Source: Myxococcota bacterium (GTDB lineage: Bacteria; Myxococcota; JACRCW01). From it: 64,000 bases of DNA. The DNA lies in contig JBFMGU010000001.1 in assembly GCA_040752415.1 (NCBI GenBank), forward strand, positions 32,001 through 96,000. The letters run 5' to 3'. Under the pieces are notes generated by a model. It was not told the origin of the DNA. It was given only the letters and a program-made list of their open reading frames with translations, and made no database searches. The position numbers and the translations under genes were made by a program. Position 1 is the first letter of the stretch. Each line of letters starts with the position of its first letter. This document shows, piece by piece, positions 1 through 9,545 of the stretch.

Positions 1-2
1 TG

Positions 3-602
3 CAGCCGCGCGGCCTCGTGGGAGCCTATGCGGCAGTACGCACCGTGATGGGGCCCGCCACCCTGCTTTCCCTGCTTCATCCCGAGGTGCGCGGTGGCGT
101 CATGCCGGAAGACCTGGACCCGGTCACCTATCTTTCCGCGGATTCGCTCCCCGTGGATCCCGATGGTGCGCTAAGCAGGTTGGAGCTGAGCAATTACCTG
201 CGCAGCACGCTGCTCAAGGATTCCAACATCCTCAGCCTCGCCAACGGCGTGGAGCTTCGCGTGCCATTGATGGACTGGAAGCTTGTGGAAGCGGTCCTCG
301 CCCTCCCCGGTCACGTTCGCGCCGCGGGTACTCCACCCAAGCCGCTCCTGCGCGAGGCGCTGCAAGGCATCCTTCCCGACGGCCTGGAGCGTCGGCCGAA
401 GGTGGGGTTCGTGCTTCCGTTGTCGTCGTGGCTGGGGGAGGCCTCGTCGGCGCTGCCCACCTCGTACCTTCAGGGCGTGATGGTTCCGGAGACGGCGGCG
501 GAACCATTGCCCATCCGACTGGCCCGCGCGTTCCTCTCAACGTTCCTTGCGCGACGCGCCACCGCGACCGCGCCATCACGGATGAACCGTCTCTCCGCCT
601 GA
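3..602 (+). CDS. Asparagine synthase (glutamine-hydrolysing) family amidotransferase, C-terminal part; 5' end lies outside the window
   Basis: Asn_synthase C-terminal motifs ELSNYLRSTLLKDSNILSLANGVELRVPLMD and KPLLREAL...RRPKVGF; frame is open back to the window edge. Confidence 0.8.
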   Translation, partial: QPRGLVGAYAAVRTVMGPATLLSLLHPEVRGGVMPEDLDPVTYLSADSLPVDPDGALSRLELSNYLRSTLLKDSNILSLANGVELRVPLMDWKLVEAVLALPGHVRAAGTPPKPLLREALQGILPDGLERRPKVGFVLPLSSWLGEASSALPTSYLQGVMVPETAAEPLPIRLARAFLSTFLARRATATAPSRMNRLSA

Positions 603-634
603 CGTCGGACCACTCACGGAAGGTCGCTAAGCAC

Positions 635-1393
635 ATGGCAACGGTCAGGGTGATACCGCGGCTGGACATCAAGGGGCCCAACCTGGTGAAGGGCATCCAC
701 CTCGAGGGCCTTCGCGTGATGGGCGACCCGGCGGAGTTTGCCGTTCGCTACTACCAACAGGGTGCGGACGAGCTGCTGTACATGGACATCGTCGCCAGCT
801 TGTACGGCCGCAACAACCTGACCGCCGTGGTGGAGCGCACCGCGCGCGACATCTTCGTCCCGCTGACGGTGGGTGGCGGCGTCAGGAGCATTGACGACAT
901 CCGCACGCTGCTTCGGGTTGGTGCGGACAAGGTGGCCATCAACACCGCCGCCATTCGCAATCCGCAGTTCATCTCGGAGGCGGCTCGGACGTTTGGCTCA
1001 CAGTGCATTGTTCTTAGCATTGAGGCTAAGCGAACTCCGAATGGCTGGGAGGCCTACACGGACAACGGGCGCGAGAAGACGGGCGTCGACGCTGTCACCT
1101 GGGCCGAGCGCGGCATGGAGCTGGGCGCAGGTGAGATCCTGGTGACGTCGGTGGACCAGGAAGGAACCAGCAAGGGCTTTGACCTCCCGTTGGTGACGGC
1201 CATCTCCAAGCGGGTGCGCATTCCCGTGATCGCCTGCGGCGGCTGTGGAACGCCAGAGCACGCGGCCCAGGCCGTTGCGGATGGCAAGGCGGATGCCGTG
1301 GCGGTGGCCACCGTCCTGCACTACGGGCGACACACCATCCGCGACGTCAAAGCGGCCGTGCGCGCACGCGGCCTGGACGTGAGGGGCGCATGA
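635..1393 (+). CDS. hisF: Imidazole glycerol phosphate synthase cyclase-like subunit (HisF paralogue of glycan loci, WbuZ/HisF2 type)
   Basis: RVIPRLDIKGPNLVKGI, GADELLYMDIVAS, PLTVGGGVRS, GADKVAINTAA, GEILVTSVDQEG; start set to ATG 635. Confidence 0.9.
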   Translation: MATVRVIPRLDIKGPNLVKGIHLEGLRVMGDPAEFAVRYYQQGADELLYMDIVASLYGRNNLTAVVERTARDIFVPLTVGGGVRSIDDIRTLLRVGADKVAINTAAIRNPQFISEAARTFGSQCIVLSIEAKRTPNGWEAYTDNGREKTGVDAVTWAERGMELGAGEILVTSVDQEGTSKGFDLPLVTAISKRVRIPVIACGGCGTPEHAAQAVADGKADAVAVATVLHYGRHTIRDVKAAVRARGLDVRGA

Positions 1394-2037
1394 CGACGAG
1401 CAAGGTGGTCACAGTGGTGGATTACGGGCTTGGCAACCTGTTCAGCGTGGAGCGCGCGCTGGCTGCGGTGGGAGCCCAGGCGCGTTTTGCGCAGCGGGCC
1501 GAGGACCTTCTCGCTGCGGATCGGGTCATCCTGCCCGGTGTGGGCGCTTTCGCCGACGGGATGCGCGGTCTCACCGAGCGCGGGCTGTTGGCACCCATCC
1601 AGGAAGTGGTGGCGCGCGGCACGCCCCTGCTCGGCATCTGCCTGGGAATGCAATTGCTCATGACGGAGGGGCACGAGTTTGGCCATCACCAGGGACTGGG
1701 CGTCCTCCCCGGCGCCGTGGTGCCCATTCCTCCGCCCGACGCGAACGGTGGCTACAAGGTGCCGAACATGGGCTGGGGACGCCTGCTTCCCGCCGCCAGC
1801 GACACATCGTGGCAGGGCACCGTGCTTGCCGACGTCAAGCGGGGCGAACACGTCTATTTCGTGCATGGTTTCGTGGTTCAGCCCAGCGTCGAGCAGCACG
1901 CGGTAGCCATGGCGGAGTGCGGTCCGCACCGCTTCTGCGCGTCGGTGCGTCGCGAGAATGTGCACGGAACGCAGTTCCACCCGGAGAAGAGCGGCCCCGC
2001 GGGACAGGCCATCCTCTCCGCATTCCTCAAGATGTGA
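1390..2037 (+). CDS. hisH: Class I glutamine amidotransferase subunit (HisH paralogue, WbuY type)
   Basis: VVDYGLGNLFSV, ILPGVGAF, GICLGMQ (catalytic Cys), QFHPEKS (His-Glu); ATGA overlap with the hisF-like gene. Confidence 0.92.
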   Translation: MTTSKVVTVVDYGLGNLFSVERALAAVGAQARFAQRAEDLLAADRVILPGVGAFADGMRGLTERGLLAPIQEVVARGTPLLGICLGMQLLMTEGHEFGHHQGLGVLPGAVVPIPPPDANGGYKVPNMGWGRLLPAASDTSWQGTVLADVKRGEHVYFVHGFVVQPSVEQHAVAMAECGPHRFCASVRRENVHGTQFHPEKSGPAGQAILSAFLKM

Positions 2038-2079
2038 ACGCAGCACCCATCACGGAAGCCCACGACGGAGAAACCATCC

Positions 2080-3360
2080 ATGGAACAGACCACCCAGGAA
2101 CTTGAAGCGTATTACGGCCTCCCCCGGGAAGTCCGGTTCTGTCGTCGCTGCGTGATTTCCAACCAGCGGCCAAATTCCGCCGTGGAGTTCAAGCACACCC
2201 GCGACAGCAAGAAGGCGACCATTGGGTTCGACGCCGAGGGCGTGTGTGATGCGTGTCGCTTCGCGGAGCACAAGAAGGCCACCATTGATTGGAAGGCTCG
2301 CGAGCAGCAACTGCGCGAGTTGTGCGACCGCTACCGTAGCAGCGACGGAAGCTACGACTGCCTGGTGCCCGGCTCTGGCGGCAAGGACAGCTTCTACGCG
2401 GCACACAAGCTGAAGTACGAGTACGGCATGCACCCGCTGACGGTAACGTGGGCGCCGCACATCTACACGGACTGGGGCTGGAAGAATCACCGCGCGTGGA
2501 TCAACGCGGGTTTCGATAACTACCTCTTCACGCCCAATGGTCGCGTGCATCGGTTGTTGACGCGTCTTGCCGTCGACAACCTGTTCCACCCGTTCCAGCC
2601 GTTCATCTTGGGCCAGAAGAACCTGGCGCCGCGCATGGCCGTGATGCTGGGGATCCCGTTGGTGTTCTACGGCGAGAACGAGGCGGAGTACGGCAACCCC
2701 ATCGCCGACACCGGGACGGCGCTTCGCGACCAGCGCTACTTCACGGTGGACGACTATTCGAAAGTGTACCTGGGAGGCGCGTCCCTGGTGGACCTCATGG
2801 AGCGTTACGGGTTGGAGAAGGTGGACTTTGACCCGTACCTGCCCGTCAACGCCGAGCGCGCCGCCAAGTTGAAGATGGAGGTGCACTATCTGGGCTACTA
2901 CCTGAAGTGGCACCCGCAATCCTGCTACTACTACGCCGTCGAGAATGGCGGGTTCCAGGCCGCTCCCGAGCGCACGCCGGGCACCTACAGCAAGTACAAC
3001 TCCATCGACGACCGCATTGACGACTTCCACTACTACACGACGTGGATCAAGTTCGGGATTGGTCGCGCCACGTATGATGCCGCCCAGGAAATCCGCTCCG
3101 GCGACATCACCCGGGACGAGGGTGTGGCCTTGGTGAAGCGGTTCGACGGCGAGTTCCCCGAGCGGTTCGCGGAGGAGATCTTCGAGTATCTTAGCATCCC
3201 GGCGAAGGAGTTCCCCAAGGCGACCGCGGCATTCGCACAGCCCAACATGACCCGCGCCACCTTCATGGAGCTCGCGGACAAGTTCAGGTCTCCGCATCTC
3301 TGGCGGAAGACGTCGACGGGGTGGGAGCTGCGTCACACCATCTGGAAGGACGCGCCATGA
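2080..3360 (+). CDS. N-acetyl sugar amidotransferase (WbuX/PseA/PtmG family)
   Basis: N-terminal CRRC...CDAC metal motif, PP-loop YDCLVPGSGGKDS, KFGIGRATYDAAQEIRSGDITRDEG; clustered with HisF/HisH paralogues. Confidence 0.9.
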   Translation: MEQTTQELEAYYGLPREVRFCRRCVISNQRPNSAVEFKHTRDSKKATIGFDAEGVCDACRFAEHKKATIDWKAREQQLRELCDRYRSSDGSYDCLVPGSGGKDSFYAAHKLKYEYGMHPLTVTWAPHIYTDWGWKNHRAWINAGFDNYLFTPNGRVHRLLTRLAVDNLFHPFQPFILGQKNLAPRMAVMLGIPLVFYGENEAEYGNPIADTGTALRDQRYFTVDDYSKVYLGGASLVDLMERYGLEKVDFDPYLPVNAERAAKLKMEVHYLGYYLKWHPQSCYYYAVENGGFQAAPERTPGTYSKYNSIDDRIDDFHYYTTWIKFGIGRATYDAAQEIRSGDITRDEGVALVKRFDGEFPERFAEEIFEYLSIPAKEFPKATAAFAQPNMTRATFMELADKFRSPHLWRKTSTGWELRHTIWKDAP

Positions 3361-5096
3361 GCGCCCCGCGCATCCTCGCGCTGGTGCCGGCGCGCGGTGG
3401 AAGCAAGGGCCTGCCCGGGAAGAACCTCAAGCGCCTGGCGGGGCGCACGCTCGTGGGCTGGGCGCTGGAGCGGGCCCGCAGGCTCTCGCAGAAGCGGGCG
3501 GGGGTGATCATTCATCTGAGCACCGACAGCGACGAGATCGCGCGCGCGGTGCCCGAGGACCTGCGCCCGCCTCGCCTCCGCCCGCCGGAACTTGCGCAGG
3601 ACCACACCGCCATGATGGACGTGGTGGAGCATGAGCTGCGCGTGCTGGCAGCAGAGGGACAGTCCCCCAACGTGGTGCTCCTGCTCCAGCCCACCTCACC
3701 GCTCATCTCCGACGAGGACGTGGATGCCCTGCTTGCCGCGTGTGAGAAGGCGGGCTCCGCGGCGCTGGTGACGCCCATGGAGCATCCCGTCGAGTGGTCG
3801 CTCACGTTGCGCGACGGGATGCTTGGACCGCTCCTTCCCGGTGAGCTTCCCACCCGTCGACAGGACTGCGCCGCGGCGTATCGCCTCGTGGGAGTGTTCG
3901 CATCCACCGTCCGCTTCCTGCGAGAGACGAAGAAGTTCACCGTTCCGGGGCGCACCGCGGGCGTGGTGATTCCGGGGAGCCGGGCGGTCGACGTCGACAC
4001 GGCAGAGGACCTGGCCCATTGCGCAGCGTTGCTCAGGACGCGACCGGCGGGCGTCCTGCGCATCGGGTCCCGGGAGGTGGGGCCGGGGAAGCCGTGCCTG
4101 GTGATTGCGGAGGCGGGCGTCAACCACAATGGCGACGAGGCGCGGGCCATGGAGATGGTGCGCGTGGCCGCGGCCGCGGGCGCAGACGCGGTGAAGTTCC
4201 AGACCTTCAAGACCTCCGCGCTGGTGACCGCGTCCGCACGAAAGGCGGCCTACCAGGTGGCCAACACCGGGAGTGACGACGGGCAGAAGGACATGCTCGC
4301 CCAGCTGGAGCTGCCGCGGGAAGCCTATGCGCGACTGAAGGCTGAGGCCGAGCGGCTGGGAATCATCTTCCTCTCGACGCCCTTCGAGTCGGAGAGCGCG
4401 AAGCTGCTCAACGACCTGGGAGTCCACGCGTTCAAGCTTCCCTCGGGGGAGATCACCAACCACCCCTTCCTGCAGGAAGTGGCAGCCATGGGAAGACCGA
4501 TGATTCTTTCGTCGGGAATGGCCACCCTGGAGGAGGTTGAGGCGGCGGTGGATGCGGTGCGTGCTGCGGGTGCGTCGTCGGTGGCGATGCTCCATTGCGT
4601 CAGCAGCTACCCCGCTCCCGTGGAGCACACCAACCTGCGTGCCATGGACAGCCTCTCCGATGCGCTGGGTATCCCGGTGGGGCTCTCTGATCACTCCATG
4701 GGAATTGACGTTGCCATTGCGGCGGTGGCGCGCGGTGGGTCGATCATCGAGAAGCACTTCACGTTGTCCCGTTCCCTTCCCGGTCCCGACCACGCCGCGT
4801 CCCTGGAACCCGGCGAGCTCCGCGAGATGATTGCATCCATCCGTCGCGTGGAAGCCGCGCTTGGCGACGGAATCAAGCGTCCCACGCCCCAGGAGCTGGA
4901 CACCGCCATTGCCGCGCGCAAGAGCCTGGTGGCCGCGCGAGCGCTTCCCGCGGGTCATGTCCTGACCACGGGTGACATCGCCATCAAGCGGCCCGGCAGC
5001 GGAATCTCACCGGCGCGGCTTCGCGAAGTCCTGGGTCGGGGTCTCGCACGCTCCGTGGAAGAGGATGCGGTGTTGGCCTGGTCGGACCTGGTCTGA
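3357..5096 (+). CDS. neuB: Fused acylneuraminate cytidylyltransferase (NeuA/LegF-like) and nonulosonate synthase (NeuB/LegI-like) with C-terminal SAF domain
   Basis: N-half: ALVPARGGSKGLPGKN, LLQPTSPL, VDVDTAED. C-half: IAEAGVNHNGD, VKFQTF, HCVSSYP, GLSDHS, IEKHFT, KRPGSGISP. One uninterrupted frame starting at an ATGA overlap at 3357. Confidence 0.9.
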   Translation: MSAPRILALVPARGGSKGLPGKNLKRLAGRTLVGWALERARRLSQKRAGVIIHLSTDSDEIARAVPEDLRPPRLRPPELAQDHTAMMDVVEHELRVLAAEGQSPNVVLLLQPTSPLISDEDVDALLAACEKAGSAALVTPMEHPVEWSLTLRDGMLGPLLPGELPTRRQDCAAAYRLVGVFASTVRFLRETKKFTVPGRTAGVVIPGSRAVDVDTAEDLAHCAALLRTRPAGVLRIGSREVGPGKPCLVIAEAGVNHNGDEARAMEMVRVAAAAGADAVKFQTFKTSALVTASARKAAYQVANTGSDDGQKDMLAQLELPREAYARLKAEAERLGIIFLSTPFESESAKLLNDLGVHAFKLPSGEITNHPFLQEVAAMGRPMILSSGMATLEEVEAAVDAVRAAGASSVAMLHCVSSYPAPVEHTNLRAMDSLSDALGIPVGLSDHSMGIDVAIAAVARGGSIIEKHFTLSRSLPGPDHAASLEPGELREMIASIRRVEAALGDGIKRPTPQELDTAIAARKSLVAARALPAGHVLTTGDIAIKRPGSGISPARLREVLGRGLARSVEEDAVLAWSDLV

Positions 5097-5104
5097 GGGA
5101 TGCC

Positions 5105-6256
5105 TTGCGTATTGCGGTGCTGACGACGGGACGACAGGACTGGAGCATCCTCCAGCCCCTGGCACGCGCGCTGGCGCAGTCGGCGGATTTCCAGCTGTGC
5201 CTGGTCGCCGGCGGGATGCACGGTCGCGGTGGGCGCATCCCCGACGAGATTGACGGATTGCGTGTGGACGCGAAGGTGGACGTTCTTCCGCAGGACGACA
5301 GCAGGCTGGCCATTGCCACGGCGGCAGGCCGGACCACGGAGGCGGTGGCGGAGGCGCTCAACCGAGTGCGCGCCGAAGCGCTGCTGCTTGTCGGAGACCG
5401 GACCGAGAGCCTGGCCGCGGTGGTTGCAGCAACGTGCCTCCAGCTTCCCGTCATCCACCTGCATGGCGGCGAGGAAACGGAAGGCGCCATTGACAACGCG
5501 TGCCGCCACGCGATCACGAAGCTCAGTCACTTGCACCTCGTGGCGCACGAGTCGTTTGCCCGGCGCGTTCGGCAGATGGGGGAGGAGCCGTCGCGGGTGT
5601 TCGTGACGGGGGCACTGGGGATTGATGCGGCGCGTACCGTGGAGCGCATGTCCCGGGCGGAGCTTGCTGCGGAGCTCGGCATCACCGACGTCAACCTTCC
5701 TTGGATTCTCTGCACGCACCATCCCACCACCCTGGGCGAAGACCCCGCGCGTGAGTTCTCTGCCGTGCTGGAAGGACTCCGCCGGGTCATGGCCAGGCAG
5801 CCCGTGGAGCTGGTGTTCACCGTGCCCAACGCTGACGCCGGCAATGGCGCACTGGTCCGCCTGTTGCGAGATTTTGCGCAGAGGCATCCCCGCGTCCACG
5901 TCGTGGAGGCGCTGGGAGCGCGCAGGTATTACTCGATGCTTTCGTGCGTTGCGGTGATGGTGGGGAATTCCTCCAGTGGGATCCTGGAGGCCCCGTTTTT
6001 CGGCCTCCCCGTTGTCAATGTGGGGGACCGTCAGAAGGGGCGGCTTCGATCTGCGCATGTTGTCGACGTGACCCCGGATGCCGACGCCGTTGCCGATGCC
6101 GTGGCCCAGTCACTGGCCCCGGAGCGCCGTGCGGAGCTCACCAACGTGGAGAGCCCGTTCGGTGACGGTCACGCGACCGAAAAGGTCCTGGCTGCACTGC
6201 GCGCGGTGGCGCCCACGCTGGCCAATGTCCGCAAGCGTTTCCACGCCGTTCCCTGA
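5105..6256 (+). CDS. neuC: Hydrolysing UDP/GDP-N-acetylhexosamine 2-epimerase (NeuC/LegG-like)
   Basis: LVGDRTESL, IHLHGGEETEGAIDNACRHAITKLSHLH, GNSSSGILEAP, NVGDRQKGR; TTG start after GAGGGA. Confidence 0.9.
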   Translation: MRIAVLTTGRQDWSILQPLARALAQSADFQLCLVAGGMHGRGGRIPDEIDGLRVDAKVDVLPQDDSRLAIATAAGRTTEAVAEALNRVRAEALLLVGDRTESLAAVVAATCLQLPVIHLHGGEETEGAIDNACRHAITKLSHLHLVAHESFARRVRQMGEEPSRVFVTGALGIDAARTVERMSRAELAAELGITDVNLPWILCTHHPTTLGEDPAREFSAVLEGLRRVMARQPVELVFTVPNADAGNGALVRLLRDFAQRHPRVHVVEALGARRYYSMLSCVAVMVGNSSSGILEAPFFGLPVVNVGDRQKGRLRSAHVVDVTPDADAVADAVAQSLAPERRAELTNVESPFGDGHATEKVLAALRAVAPTLANVRKRFHAVP

Positions 6257-6278
6257 GTTCGCGCCGAGGAGAGAACCC

Positions 6279-7379
6279 GTGTCACCCACGCGCCATGAGA
6301 ACGATCGGCTCGAGGCCAGGTCGCAGGAGCTGCTGCGACTCATCTGTATCAACGCGGAAACAACCATCCGCACGGCGTTGAAGGCCATTGATGATGGCAG
6401 CGCGTCCTTGGCGTTGGTGATCGACGAGCGACGTCATCTGCTCGGGACGGTTACCGACGGCGACGTGCGTCGCGCAATCCTCCGTGGGCTCAGCCTGGAA
6501 GGTCCCATTCACCCCGTGATGAATCGCACTCCCACCGTGGCCCGGCCCGGTGAGAGCCCGGAGCGAATGCTCCAGATCATGCTCTCCCACCGCCTGCGGC
6601 AAATCCCGTTGGTGGATGCGGATGGCGTTCTCGTCGGTGTGCGGTTGCTGGATGACCTGGTCAGCCCGGAAGGTCGCGAGAACTGGGCCGTGGTCATGGC
6701 CGGTGGCCTTGGAGAGAGGCTGCGACCGTACACGCAGGCGGTTCCCAAGCCCATGCTGATGGTTGGAAACCAGCCAATCCTGGAACGCGCCCTCCGGCAA
6801 CTGAAGCTTCATGGTTTTGAGCGTGTTTTCGTCAGCGTGAATTTCCTGGGCGAAAAGATCGAGGGCTATTTCCAGGACGGCGGGGCGTTCGGGCTGCGTC
6901 TCTCGTACTTGCGCGAGAACACGCGGCTGGGGACGGCGGGCGCGCTGTCATTGCTGCCGGAGAGGCCGCGTCAACCCATGGTGGTGATGAATGCAGACCT
7001 GCTCACGGAGGTCAGCTTCTCGTCGCTGCTGGATTTCCATGCGGACGAAGGCGCGGCGATGACCGTCTGCGTTTCCACCTATGAGCTCCAGGTTCCCTAT
7101 GGGGTGGTGAACGTCGACGGTGCGAGGGTCAGCGCCATCCAGGAGAAGCCCAAGCACACATGGTTCATCAACGCGGGCATCTACGTGCTGAACCCGGAAT
7201 GCCTGGACCTGATTCCACGCGGGCAGCCTTATGACATGCCCACCCTCATCGACCGCCTCATCAAGGACGGCGGCAAGGTGGCGAGCTTCCCCATCCGTGA
7301 GAGCTGGTTGGATATCGGTCAACTCCACGACTACCAGCACGCGGTGCTGCGCGCGGTGCACGGGGACAAGGAACCATGA
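6279..7379 (+). CDS. CBS-domain-containing sugar-phosphate nucleotidyltransferase (PtmE/LegX-like)
   Basis: N-terminal CBS pair (GTVTDGDVRRAIL), then VVMAGGLGERLRPYT..PKPML, LGTAGAL, WLDIGQLHDY; GTG 6279 with RBS GAGGAG. Confidence 0.88.
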   Translation: MSPTRHENDRLEARSQELLRLICINAETTIRTALKAIDDGSASLALVIDERRHLLGTVTDGDVRRAILRGLSLEGPIHPVMNRTPTVARPGESPERMLQIMLSHRLRQIPLVDADGVLVGVRLLDDLVSPEGRENWAVVMAGGLGERLRPYTQAVPKPMLMVGNQPILERALRQLKLHGFERVFVSVNFLGEKIEGYFQDGGAFGLRLSYLRENTRLGTAGALSLLPERPRQPMVVMNADLLTEVSFSSLLDFHADEGAAMTVCVSTYELQVPYGVVNVDGARVSAIQEKPKHTWFINAGIYVLNPECLDLIPRGQPYDMPTLIDRLIKDGGKVASFPIRESWLDIGQLHDYQHAVLRAVHGDKEP

Positions 7380-8383
7380 CCATGGACAAGCATGAGGCGT
7401 GGCGCGGCAAGCGGGTTCTTGTCACCGGCGCGGGTGGGTTCATCGGCAGTCACCTCGTCGAGGCGCTGGTGGCGTCCGGCGCGAGCGTGACGGCCTTGGT
7501 CCGCTACAACGGTCGCGGCGACGTGGGAATGCTCGCCGAGATTCCCAAGGAATCGCGGGGCGCGGTCCGAACCGTGCTGGGTGATGTGCGGGATCCGTTC
7601 CAGGTTCGCACGCTGGTGACGGGCCAGGACGCGGTGTTCCACCTGGCAGCGTTGATCGGCATTCCGTTCAGTTACGAGGCGCCGCAGACCTACGTCGAGG
7701 TCAACGTGCAGGGCACGCTCAATGTCCTGGAGGCCGCGCGGGTTGCTGGCGGTGTGCGCGTCATCCACACGTCGACGAGCGAGGTCTACGGCACGGCGCA
7801 GTTCACGCCCATCACCGAGGAGCATCCGCTCCAGGGGCAGAGTCCCTACAGCGCTTCCAAGATTGGCGCGGATGCCATGGCGGATGCGTACGGTCGCAGC
7901 TTCGGGGTGCCGGTGGTGACCGTGCGCCCCTTCAACACGTTTGGCCCACGACAGAGCACCCGGGCCGTGTTGCCAACCATCATCACGCAGGCGTTGCGTG
8001 GTGACGTCGTCAGATTGGGCAGCACGTCGCCGGTGCGGGACATGACGTACGTCTCTGACACCGTCCGCGGCTTCCTCATGTGCGGCGCTTCCGACGCATG
8101 CGTCGGGAAGGTGACCAACCTGGGTGTGGGCAGCGGGCGCACCGTCGGGGAGATGGTGGAGACGGTGGGGGCGGTGCTCGGGAAGCGGCTGAAGGTGGAG
8201 CTGGGGGAGGAACGCGTGCGACCCGAGAAGAGCGAGGTCTTGAAGCTCATCAGCGACAACTCCCGCGCTCGTGAGCGGGCCGGATGGTCGCCGCTGGTTT
8301 CGTTCGAGGACGGTGTTCGCCGCCTGGTGGAGGACATCCGCACGCACCCGCACCGTCACACCGTGGAGGGCTATCATGTCTAA
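7376..8383 (+). CDS. legB: NAD-dependent NDP-HexNAc 4,6-dehydratase (LegB-like)
   Basis: VTGAGGFIGSHL, HLAALIGIPFSY, HTSTSEVYGTAQ, SPYSASK, RPFNTFGPRQS, ERVRPEKSEV. Confidence 0.8.
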   Translation: MTMDKHEAWRGKRVLVTGAGGFIGSHLVEALVASGASVTALVRYNGRGDVGMLAEIPKESRGAVRTVLGDVRDPFQVRTLVTGQDAVFHLAALIGIPFSYEAPQTYVEVNVQGTLNVLEAARVAGGVRVIHTSTSEVYGTAQFTPITEEHPLQGQSPYSASKIGADAMADAYGRSFGVPVVTVRPFNTFGPRQSTRAVLPTIITQALRGDVVRLGSTSPVRDMTYVSDTVRGFLMCGASDACVGKVTNLGVGSGRTVGEMVETVGAVLGKRLKVELGEERVRPEKSEVLKLISDNSRARERAGWSPLVSFEDGVRRLVEDIRTHPHRHTVEGYHV

Positions 8384-9521
8384 GCGTGGCCGAACGTCGG
8401 AGCGGATTCCCCTCTCGGTGCCCACGTTGGAGGCGTCGGCCTGGAGCTACGTGAAGGATTGCCTGGACACGGGCTGGGTTTCCTCCGCGGGGAAGTACGT
8501 CACGCGTTTTGAGGAGTCCGTGGCGGAGTACACGGGCGCTTCCCATGCCGTGGCGGTCTGCAGCGGCACTGCGGCGTTGCACCTGGCGTATCTCGTGGCG
8601 GGGGTGTCGCCGGGTGACACGGTCCTGGTTCCCACGCTCACCTTCATTGCCACGGTGAATCCGGTGACCTACCTGGGCGCCAAGCCGTTCTTCGTCGACG
8701 TCGACGCCCGCACCTGGAACGTGAGCGCGGAGACCCTGGCGGCGGCGCTGCAGCAGGCGCGAAAGGCGGGGTTGCGTCCTCGTCACGCGGTGGTCACGCA
8801 CCTCTACGGTGTGCCTGCGGACATGGCACCGATCATGGAGTTGTGTGAGCGCGAGGGCCTCACGCTCATTGAGGATGCGGCGGAGAGCCTGGGCAGCTTC
8901 TACCGCGGCGCGCACACCGGCACGTTCGGTCGGGTGGCGGCGTTGTCCTTCAATGGCAACAAGATCATCACCACCGGGGGCGGCGGCATGATCCTCACCG
9001 GCGACGCAGTGTTGGCGAAGCGCGCGCGTCACCTCTCCACCCAGGCGCGTCCCAACGCCGAGGTCTACGCCCACGACGACGTCGGCTTCAATTACCGGTT
9101 GACGAATCTCCAGGCCGCGCTGGGGGTTTCCCAGATGGAAAGCCTGCCTCGCTTCCGGGATCGACGTCGGGAGATCCAGAAGCATTACCTGGAGGCCTTC
9201 GCGAGGGAGAACTGGTTGGTACCGCAAGCGCAGCCCCAGGGCGTGGAGAGCAATGGCTGGCTGTTCGGTGTTTCCATCAACAGCGCGTCGCTGACGCGGG
9301 ACCAGGCGCTTGCTGCCCTGGCGGAAGTCAACATCGAGGCGCGACCCGTTTTCCAGCCCATCCATGAGCAGCCGATGTACCGCGGGACCGAAGCGCGGTG
9401 CCCCGTCGCGGAGAGCGTGTCTCGTGTGGCGCTGAACCTGCCCAATTCGCCAGGGATCTCCGAGACGGCAGTCTCCGACGTCATGCTGACGCTGGGCAAA
9501 GTGCCGGCTTCCGCGGTCTGA
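8376..9521 (+). CDS. legC: LegC-family PLP-dependent sugar aminotransferase (DegT/DnrJ/EryC1/StrS)
   Basis: IPLSVP, CLDTGWVSSAGKYV, EDAAESLGS, SFNGNKIITTGGGG, HDDVGFNYRLTN; start ATG 8376. Confidence 0.85.
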   Translation: MSKRGRTSERIPLSVPTLEASAWSYVKDCLDTGWVSSAGKYVTRFEESVAEYTGASHAVAVCSGTAALHLAYLVAGVSPGDTVLVPTLTFIATVNPVTYLGAKPFFVDVDARTWNVSAETLAAALQQARKAGLRPRHAVVTHLYGVPADMAPIMELCEREGLTLIEDAAESLGSFYRGAHTGTFGRVAALSFNGNKIITTGGGGMILTGDAVLAKRARHLSTQARPNAEVYAHDDVGFNYRLTNLQAALGVSQMESLPRFRDRRREIQKHYLEAFARENWLVPQAQPQGVESNGWLFGVSINSASLTRDQALAALAEVNIEARPVFQPIHEQPMYRGTEARCPVAESVSRVALNLPNSPGISETAVSDVMLTLGKVPASAV

Positions 9522-9545
9522 GTCCGCCCCATCCTTCGAAGAGAA

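Noticed and set aside
635..2037. hisF/hisH as a histidine biosynthesis operon
   Set aside because: No other his genes are present; the context with an N-acetyl-sugar amidotransferase indicates the glycan-modifying paralogues
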